Source: Deltaproteobacteria bacterium (GTDB lineage: Bacteria; Myxococcota_A; UBA9160; SMWR01). Taken from it: a stretch of 23,623 nt of DNA. Positions 17,320 through 23,623 of the stretch are shown here, piece after piece; positions within the stretch are counted from its first letter, which is position 1; every line of letters starts with the position of its first letter. The notes below the pieces were generated by a model. It saw nothing but the letters and a program-made list of their open reading frames with translations. It did no database searches and had not been told where the DNA came from. The stretch is taken from positions 1 through 23,623 of the forward strand of contig JAQBGU010000247.1 in assembly GCA_032128375.1 (NCBI GenBank), in the 5' to 3' direction. The translations under genes and the position numbers were made by a program.

Positions 17320-17632
17320 TCTGCAGATCGCGGATCCGCAGCGACTTTGTGGGCCTCGATCTCCGGAAGACCTACTTCCAACAGGATCGGTATCGGTAGC
17401 GTAGAGGAGGTGCCGCCACGAGCAGTGCCCGCCGTTACCATCGCATCAGCGAGTTTATCGTCATGCACCGCGGTCAACATGACTTCGCGAACAACTTGCC
17501 TGTGTCCTTGATCGCTGCTGCCGCGCTTTCGGCGCGAACCAGTCGTACCTAAATGGCCAGGTAGACCAGTGTCACGAGGACCGCGATCGACCCGACGAAC
17601 TCGCCAGGGGAACCCAACTCCGAGAGGGTCAC
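17320..17632 (-). pseudogene. Disrupted small membrane-anchored hypothetical protein ('GE..G.IAV..TL.YLAIQ.R' type)
   Basis: AGGAG RBS and GTG 17632 give MTLSELGSPGEFVGSIAVLVTLVYLAI*VR, with TAG at 17551-17549 where Gln (CAG) is expected. A shifted frame then reads REVMLTAVHDDKLADAMV. The 3' end is approximate. Confidence 0.6.
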
Positions 17633-17966
17633 TCGCTCCTGCTTTTGTCATTCACTGCGAACTCGGCGGCACCAGCAGCTTCGGACGGACGCAGCGCACT
17701 CCTCGCAGAATTTGGCCGAATCCCGGTTCACTGTTCGCAAGCGGAGTAGTTCATCCAGTCGACCCTGACTCGCGGCGCGCACGACGACATGTACCGGATG
17801 GCGCATTCAGTCTGGTTGCCGAACCGAACGTTCTGCTGGTGGGGCAGCGCCGTCGGGCGGCAAAGTCTTGAAGCGGGATCTGCGCGCGACCTTCTGGGAA
17901 CACCGGGGCCGCAACGTCAATTTGAAGCGAGGCTGCATTGACCCGCCAACTTCGCTTTCATCGTCT

Positions 17967-18017
17967 ATTGTTGATCAAATTGTTGATCAAATTGTTGATC
18001 AACTGTTGATCAACAAT
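17967..18017. repeat. Palindrome-containing 12-bp tandem repeat upstream of the DUF1993 gene
   Basis: ATTGTTGATCAA x3 (17967, 17979, 17991), then CTGTTGATCAACAAT. Each unit contains the palindrome TTGATCAA. Confidence 0.92.
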
Positions 18018-18059
18018 CTCTGTGATCACCAATCGCCGCAAGAAAGGGGGGTACCCATC

Positions 18060-18581
18060 GTGTCCATCTCGCTCTACGACATCAGCGTTGCGTCATATCT
18101 CCAGTTACTGGGAGGAGTTGTCAGTGTGCTCGACAAGGGCGCCGCCTACTGCCAGGAGCAGGGCATCGCGCTTGGCGAAATCGTCGAGACCCGACTTCGC
18201 CCCGACATGCTGCCGTTTCGTTTCCAGCTGATCTCGGTCGCGCACCACTCCCTCGGCGCCATCCAGGCTGTGCAGTCAGGGTCCTTTGGACCTCCCGCCG
18301 GCGCGCCAGAGTACGACTACGCGGGCCTTCAGGCGCTGATTGCCGACGCGCGGGCTCAACTCGAAGCGCTCACACCGGGAGCCATCAATGCTCTCGAGGG
18401 GAACGATGTGCTCTTCCAGATTGGCGATACCCAGTTGCCATTTACCGCATCGAATTTCGTGCTGTCGTTTTCGCACCCGAATGTGTACTTCCATGCTGCG
18501 ACCGCATATGACATCTTGCGAATGAGAGGGGTCCCTGTTGGGAAACGCGATTTCATGGGAATACCACGCATGAAAATGTAG
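18060..18581 (+). CDS. DUF1993 domain protein
   Basis: Motifs RLRPDMLPFRFQ and PNVYFHAATAYDILRMRGVPVGKRDFMG. GTG 18060 follows a purine-rich RBS (AAAGGGGGG). Confidence 0.9.
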   Translation: MSISLYDISVASYLQLLGGVVSVLDKGAAYCQEQGIALGEIVETRLRPDMLPFRFQLISVAHHSLGAIQAVQSGSFGPPAGAPEYDYAGLQALIADARAQLEALTPGAINALEGNDVLFQIGDTQLPFTASNFVLSFSHPNVYFHAATAYDILRMRGVPVGKRDFMGIPRMKM

Positions 18582-18656
18582 GCCACCGCTCGCAGCAGTT
18601 TGTCCCTGCGAATGGCGTTCGCGTGCGAGCAGACTGCATGCACTCGAGACTGTAGG

Positions 18657-18712
18657 GTGTAAGAATGGTGGTAGGAATAGTGTAGAAATAGAGGATGAAT
18701 CGTGTAGGGATC
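18657..18712. repeat. Degenerate ~11-bp purine-rich tandem repeat
   Basis: Units GTGTAAGAATG / GTGGTAGGAATA / GTGTAGAAATA / GAGGATGAATC / GTGTAGGGATC. Confidence 0.6.
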
Positions 18713-18805
18713 GGCGACCCGCGCCAGCTCAGCATCACACTTCTCGCATGATGACCTGTTTCTAGAGTCGCGCGTTGCCCCGCGTAGACTGGCGCCCACG
18801 CCGCC

Positions 18806-20476
18806 TCAGGCCACTTCGCGGTGACCGAGCAACGCCCACGCGCTGCGCGCACCGTCGATCGCGGCGCTCATGATGCCGCCGGCCCAGCCTGCGCCTTCGC
18901 CGACGGGCCAGACGTTCTCGAAGTTTGACGCTCGGCGCGTGGCCGCGTCGCGCGGCACGCGCAGGGGGCCCGAGCTGCGCGACTCGATGCCGACCAATAA
19001 CCCCTCGGCGCCCGCATAGCCGGGGATCTGTCGGTCGAACTCGCGGATCGCGGCGCGCAGCGCTTCGGTCATATCGGCGGGCAACAAGTCGTCGATGCGC
19101 GCCGTGCTGAGTCCGAGCTTGTAGCTGCTGCGCCCGAGGGCCGCGCTCTCGCGACCCACCAGGAAGTCGGGCACACGCTGCGCGGGCACGCGGTAGTCGC
19201 CGCCGCCGGCCACGAAGAAAGCGGCTTCGAGCTTTTCTTGGAATGCGACGCCGGCGAAGGCGCCGTCGCCGTAGTCGCGAGGGCCGAGTGTCACGACGAT
19301 GCCCGCATTCGCAAAGGGTGAAGAGTGGCGCGAGTTGCTCATCCCGTTCGTACACAGGGTGCCGGGTTGTGCGACCGCGGCGACGATCTGTCCGCCCGGG
19401 CACATGCAGAAGCTGTGCGCGGCGGGTTGCCCGCTGCGAGCCTTCGCCACCAACGCATAGTAGGCGTGGCCGAGGCGCGCGAGGTCCGCGCCAGCACCGA
19501 AGCGCCCGCGATCGACCAGCGCTTGCGGATGTTCGATGCGTAGGCCGATCTGGAAGGGCTTCGACTCGACGACAAGGCCTTGGCTTGCCAGCGCGCGCAG
19601 GCTGTCGCGCGCGCTGTGACCCAGCGCCAGCACGACGCCGTCACATGCGAGTTCGCCCCGCGAGGTGCGCAGCGCGCGCACGCGCAGCAACGAGCTCCGT
19701 TTGCCGGGGTCGAGCACGAGGGTCTCGAGACGCGTCTCGAAGTGGAAGCGCACGCCCATTTCTTCGAGACTGCCGCGCAGACGCGGCAGAATGCGGTGCA
19801 GCCGATCGGTCCCGATGTGGGCGCGCGCATCGAAGGCGATATCGGCGTCCGCGCCGGCCTCTACCAACGTCTGCACGATCGGAGCTTCGAGCGCGTGCTG
19901 GCTGCGGGTGTAGAGCTTTCCGTCTGAGTAGGTGCCGGCACCGCCCTCGCCGAACAGAAGATTCGCCTCGGGATCGAGTTCGCGCGTGCGCGTGAAACGC
20001 GCGACCGCACGGCCTCGTTCGCGCAGTGCCGGGCCGCGTTCGAGCAGATCGACGCCGACCCCGTTAGTCGCGAGCGTCCAGGCCGCGTAGAGGCCCGCCG
20101 GCCCCGATCCCACCACTGCCACGCGCCGGCCGCGCCAGGCCGCATCCGGCGCGACGAGTGCGAAGCGCGCCGGCGGCCCGATCGCTCGGGCGCGCCCACT
20201 CTTGAGCGCACGGTCGAGTGCCATGCCCGGCGCCAGCTCGAGGTCGACGTGAACACTGAAACGCAGCGCGTGGCGCGCGCCCCGGCGCCGCGCATCGAGC
20301 GCGCGGCGTGCAACGCGCAGGCCGACGATCGCTTCAGTCTCGATGCCGATGGCTCGTGCGGCGCGCTCGCGCAGCACGCCCTCTGGCTCGTCGAGGCCGA
20401 GTGCAAGGTTGTTGACCCGCACGCGGCGCGACGCTGCGTTGACTGCGCGGCCAGCGAGGTTTTCCGGGGAGTTCAC
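18806..20476 (-). CDS. Uncharacterised FAD-dependent dehydrogenase (COG2509-like)
   Basis: Motifs VVGSGPAGL, FGEGGAGTYSDGKL, HIGTD, SFCMCPGG, GEGAGWAGGIMSAAIDG. Exact start uncertain. Confidence 0.9.
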   Translation of the reverse strand: MNSPENLAGRAVNAASRRVRVNNLALGLDEPEGVLRERAARAIGIETEAIVGLRVARRALDARRRGARHALRFSVHVDLELAPGMALDRALKSGRARAIGPPARFALVAPDAAWRGRRVAVVGSGPAGLYAAWTLATNGVGVDLLERGPALRERGRAVARFTRTRELDPEANLLFGEGGAGTYSDGKLYTRSQHALEAPIVQTLVEAGADADIAFDARAHIGTDRLHRILPRLRGSLEEMGVRFHFETRLETLVLDPGKRSSLLRVRALRTSRGELACDGVVLALGHSARDSLRALASQGLVVESKPFQIGLRIEHPQALVDRGRFGAGADLARLGHAYYALVAKARSGQPAAHSFCMCPGGQIVAAVAQPGTLCTNGMSNSRHSSPFANAGIVVTLGPRDYGDGAFAGVAFQEKLEAAFFVAGGGDYRVPAQRVPDFLVGRESAALGRSSYKLGLSTARIDDLLPADMTEALRAAIREFDRQIPGYAGAEGLLVGIESRSSGPLRVPRDAATRRASNFENVWPVGEGAGWAGGIMSAAIDGARSAWALLGHREVA

Positions 20477-20643
20477 GAATCGGCCAGTTTACCGCCGTAC
20501 GACGTTGCGCGACAGCAGCAAAGAGTTCTATAGAGCGTGACGGCGTCGCGGGCGGTCGCGGTCGAGCGCACGTTCGTTCGGCTGACACGCGATCGCTTGC
20601 GATCGACGGCACTTGAAAATCACTGAATTGGGAGTCGAACCTC

Positions 20644-21153
20644 ATGACCCAAAAAGTTCCCAAAATAGTTCCCAAAAGAATTGCACTTCCGATCGAAGGC
20701 GGCTGCCAATGTGGCGCCCTTCGCTACCAGATCGTCTCGCCGCCGCTGATGATCTATGCCTGTCACTGCGCCAACTGCCAACGCATCGCCGGCAGCGCGT
20801 TCGGTCTCGCCACCACGATCGCCGAGGACTCCCTCCAATTCACCTCCGGAACACCGCAAGTCGTGAAATGGCAATCCGATGCGGGAAACCAGCGCTATGG
20901 GTGTTTTTGCGGTGATTGCGGTTGCCGGATCGCGCACGGCCAAACTCCGTCCAACGGAATACTGAGCCTGCGCGCGGGAACCTTCGACGACACGAGTTGG
21001 GTCAAACCCGCTGGACACATCTGGATCCGAAGTGCCCAGCCCTGGTTCAAGTTCGGCGATGACGACGTCTTGTGTGATGTTCAGCCAACGGACTACGCAC
21101 CCTTCATCGAAAGATTCAAAGCGGCGACGACGTTCGCGCCGGCAGTTGCGTAG
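20644..21153 (+). CDS. GFA/CENP-V family zinc-binding protein
   Basis: Motifs GGCQCGALRY, CHCANCQR, FCGDCG, HIW..SAQPW. Confidence 0.93.
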   Translation: MTQKVPKIVPKRIALPIEGGCQCGALRYQIVSPPLMIYACHCANCQRIAGSAFGLATTIAEDSLQFTSGTPQVVKWQSDAGNQRYGCFCGDCGCRIAHGQTPSNGILSLRAGTFDDTSWVKPAGHIWIRSAQPWFKFGDDDVLCDVQPTDYAPFIERFKAATTFAPAVA

Positions 21154-21330
21154 TGTTGCGATTGGCAGTGTCCGGCCATCGGACTGCCCGGCATCGGCGC
21201 GACCGCGAGTGCCTGTTTAGTAGGCGTGCCGATCGGGCAGTCCGACAAAGGCAGGAACGCAGAGTGGCCTGTCTGGTCAGAGGTCGGCCCAGATTGGAAC
21301 CCGGAAGCCCAGCGGCGACGCTTCGAAAAT

Positions 21331-21346
21331 CGGCACGAATTTTGCT
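21331..21346 (+). promoter_or_regulatory. Sigma-54 (-24/-12) promoter of the glutamine synthetase gene
   Basis: CGGCACGAATTTTGCT: GG (21332-33), exactly 10 nt, then GC (21344-45). Matches YGGCACG-N4-TTGCW and lies about 100 bp before the GS start. Confidence 0.8.
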
Positions 21347-21366
21347 TTCTACCGGGTATGAGACTT

Positions 21367-21404
21367 TGTTCGAGGAAATGTTCGAGGAAATGTTCGAGGA
21401 AATG
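21367..21404. repeat. Perfect 12-bp x3 tandem repeat in the predicted GS 5' leader
   Basis: TGTTCGAGGAAA at 21367, 21379 and 21391, plus TG. Confidence 0.95.
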
Positions 21405-21446
21405 AATGGCGAGCCGTGATGGCTCGCCAACGGAGGACTTCAGATC

Positions 21447-23435
21447 ATGAGCGGCAGTTCTGCTCGACTACAAGCCATCGAGGCCGTCACCCGCTACGAA
21501 CCGATTTCTGCCCCCCTGGATTTTTCCGAAGTCTCGGCTGGCGAACTGTTCGGGGCCAACGTCTTCGGTCTTTCGGCCATGAAAGCCAGGCTTCCGAAGC
21601 CGGTCTACCAGTCGGTTCTGGCGACTGTGCAAAATGCGACCGCGCTGGAAGCGGGTGTGGCCGATGTGGTGGCGACTGCGATGATGGATTGGGCGATCCA
21701 GAAGGGTGCGACGCATTACGCCCATGTCTTCTATCCATTGACTGGATCGACCGCAGAAAAGCACGACAGCTTCCTGTCTCCGGACGGCCAGGGTGGAGCG
21801 ATCGCCGAGTTCGCCGGCAAGGCGCTGATCCAGGGCGAGCCCGATGCGTCGAGTTTTCCGAACGGCGGTATCCGGGCGACGTTCGAAGCGCGTGGCTACA
21901 CCGCATGGGATGTCACGAGCCCAGCCTACATTCTCGAGAACCCCAACGGGACGACGCTGTGCATTCCGACCGCGTTCGTCTCGTGGACCGGTGAGGCGCT
22001 CGACAAGAAGACGCCGCTACTGCGCTCCATGCAAGCGCTCAATAAACACGCACAGCGGGTCCTGACGGCCTTCGGTCACACCGACATCGATACTGTCGTG
22101 TCGTTTGCGGGCGCAGAGCAAGAGTACTTCCTGATCGATCGACATTTCTATTTCGCGCGGCCCGACCTCATCGCAGCCGGGCGCACGCTGTTCGGTGCTC
22201 CGCCACCGAAGGGTCAGGAGTTCGATGACCATTACTTCGGCGCAATTCCCGAGCGCGTGCTGGCCTTCATGCTCGAATGTGAACGGGAACTTTTCAAGCT
22301 CGGAATCCCGGTCAAGACCCGCCACAACGAGGTTGCACCGGGCCAGTTCGAAGTGGCCCCGGTCTTCGAGCAGGCGAATCTCGCCACCGATCACCAGCAA
22401 CTCATGATGGTGACGTTGCGCAGGGTCGCAGAAAAGTACGGCATGACCTGTCTCCTGCACGAAAAGCCGTTCGCCGGGGTCAATGGATCCGGCAAGCACG
22501 TAAACTTCTCGCTGGGAAACGCGACCCAGGGCAATCTCCTCGATCCGGGCGATACACCGCACGCGAACGCCCAGTTCTTGATTTTCTGCGCGGCCGTCAT
22601 CCGCGCCGTTCACAAGTACTCGGGGCTTCTCCGCGCTGTCGTCGCTTCGGCTGGAAATGACCACAGACTCGGCGCGAACGAGGCGCCTCCGGCAATTCTG
22701 TCGATCTTCCTGGGCGAGCAGCTGACAGACGTGTTCGAACAGATCGCAAAGACCGGCGATGCGACGAGTTCCAGGGCGCGCGGGAAGCTCACGGTGGGCG
22801 TCGACACGCTTCCCGATCTTCCGACGGATGCCGGCGACCGCAACAGGACGAGTCCGTTCGCGTTCACCGGCAACCGGTTCGAGTTCCGGGCGGTGGGATC
22901 CCACCAGTCGATCGCCGGGCCGATGGTCGCGATCAATACCATCGTCGCCGAGTCGCTGGACTACATCGCAAACAAACTCGAAGCGGCGACGGCCGGTGAC
23001 GCGGCCGAGTTCAACGCTGCAGTACAGAAAATTCTGCGGGAGGTCATGGCAAAGCACGGAAGCGTGATCTTCAACGGCGACGGCTATTCGGACGCATGGC
23101 ACGCCGAGGCCAAGGAACGGGGACTCCCGAACCTTCGCACCAGCGTCGATGCGCTCCCGGTCCTGGGCAGCGACGAGGTGATCTCGCTGTTCGAAAACTA
23201 CGGGGTATTGACGAAACGCGAGACACTGAGCCGATTGGAAGTCTATCTGGAGCAGTATTGCCTCACCGTCGGCGTCGAAGCCCGGACGAGCTGCGAGATG
23301 GCGAAGACGATCATCGTGCCCGCGGCCATTCGCTATCAGGGAGAACTCGCCGGCACGTGTGCCAGCATGAAGGCGCTGGGCATGCAGATCGATACCGCGA
23401 TCCTCGAGAAGGTAACGGGACTAGTCCTGAAGTAA
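21447..23435 (+). CDS. glnA: Glutamine synthetase type III, apparently C-terminally truncated
   Basis: Motifs [96 protein letters not shown]. Ends at 662 aa without the usual terminal WPLPxYxxxLF motif. Confidence 0.93.
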   Translation: MSGSSARLQAIEAVTRYEPISAPLDFSEVSAGELFGANVFGLSAMKARLPKPVYQSVLATVQNATALEAGVADVVATAMMDWAIQKGATHYAHVFYPLTGSTAEKHDSFLSPDGQGGAIAEFAGKALIQGEPDASSFPNGGIRATFEARGYTAWDVTSPAYILENPNGTTLCIPTAFVSWTGEALDKKTPLLRSMQALNKHAQRVLTAFGHTDIDTVVSFAGAEQEYFLIDRHFYFARPDLIAAGRTLFGAPPPKGQEFDDHYFGAIPERVLAFMLECERELFKLGIPVKTRHNEVAPGQFEVAPVFEQANLATDHQQLMMVTLRRVAEKYGMTCLLHEKPFAGVNGSGKHVNFSLGNATQGNLLDPGDTPHANAQFLIFCAAVIRAVHKYSGLLRAVVASAGNDHRLGANEAPPAILSIFLGEQLTDVFEQIAKTGDATSSRARGKLTVGVDTLPDLPTDAGDRNRTSPFAFTGNRFEFRAVGSHQSIAGPMVAINTIVAESLDYIANKLEAATAGDAAEFNAAVQKILREVMAKHGSVIFNGDGYSDAWHAEAKERGLPNLRTSVDALPVLGSDEVISLFENYGVLTKRETLSRLEVYLEQYCLTVGVEARTSCEMAKTIIVPAAIRYQGELAGTCASMKALGMQIDTAILEKVTGLVLK

Positions 23436-23623
23436 GCGCGGATCACTCATCTGGCGTTGAGTGCGGGTCCGGGAAACGAGGAACGGGAGCGCGCTTCCTG
23501 GTGTAATCTGGGTTTTCCAGAACACCTGATCCTCCAGAAAGCGACGCTCCCAAGTGAAGAAAGCTACAGCGTACGAGCGAGCAAGTCACGTCAACACAGG
23601 CACGGGAATTTCAGAAGAAGAGC
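23436..23623 (+). mobile_element. Possible left end of an insertion sequence, running off the window
   Basis: GS similarity stops abruptly just before this region. A long imperfect hairpin (23485-23551) ends 2 nt before a GTG (23554) that opens a frame MKKATAYERASHVNTGTGISEEE to the edge. No transposase motif is visible. Confidence 0.35.

Noticed and set aside
17967..18015. FNR/CRP box
   Set aside because: TTGAT and ATCAA half-sites overlap or are 10 nt apart, not the required 4.
21153..21419. 88-aa ORF ending in FEEM repeats
   Set aside because: It is a translation of the promoter region and the 12-bp DNA repeat, with no coding signature.
23461..23623. Group II intron 5' end (GTGCG at 23461)
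   Set aside because: The 5-mer is common at this GC content and lies about 25 nt beyond where GS similarity stops. No other intron features are visible.

Overview
GC-rich chromosomal window from a Gram-negative bacterium (TamA/TamB pair, PEP-CTERM tails and a sigma-54 promoter; a Myxococcota/deltaproteobacterial-type host is only an inference). Intact genes encode a lipoprotein, an APH/kinase-like phosphotransferase, an SRPBCC protein, Pcm, a Gfo/Idh/MocA oxidoreductase, TamA and TamB, an alpha/beta hydrolase, a tandem acyl-CoA dehydrogenase pair, a DUF1993 protein, an FAD-dependent dehydrogenase and a GFA protein. A sigma-54-driven type III glutamine synthetase appears C-terminally cut, probably by an insertion at the right edge. 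I see no rRNA, tRNA, CRISPR array, phage or defence system, and no clear-cut new multi-gene system. Three patterns stand out. (1) Many intergenic gaps hold recognisable gene wreckage: a FecCD tail, a frameshifted di-haem cytochrome c, a porin missing its middle, two PEP-CTERM tails bracketing tamAB, and a nonsense-mutated membrane protein. (2) Unrelated short tandem duplications recur, mostly with a 12-bp period. (3) A hairpin-bearing IS-like end follows the GS truncation. Family names come from motif recognition, not database searches.
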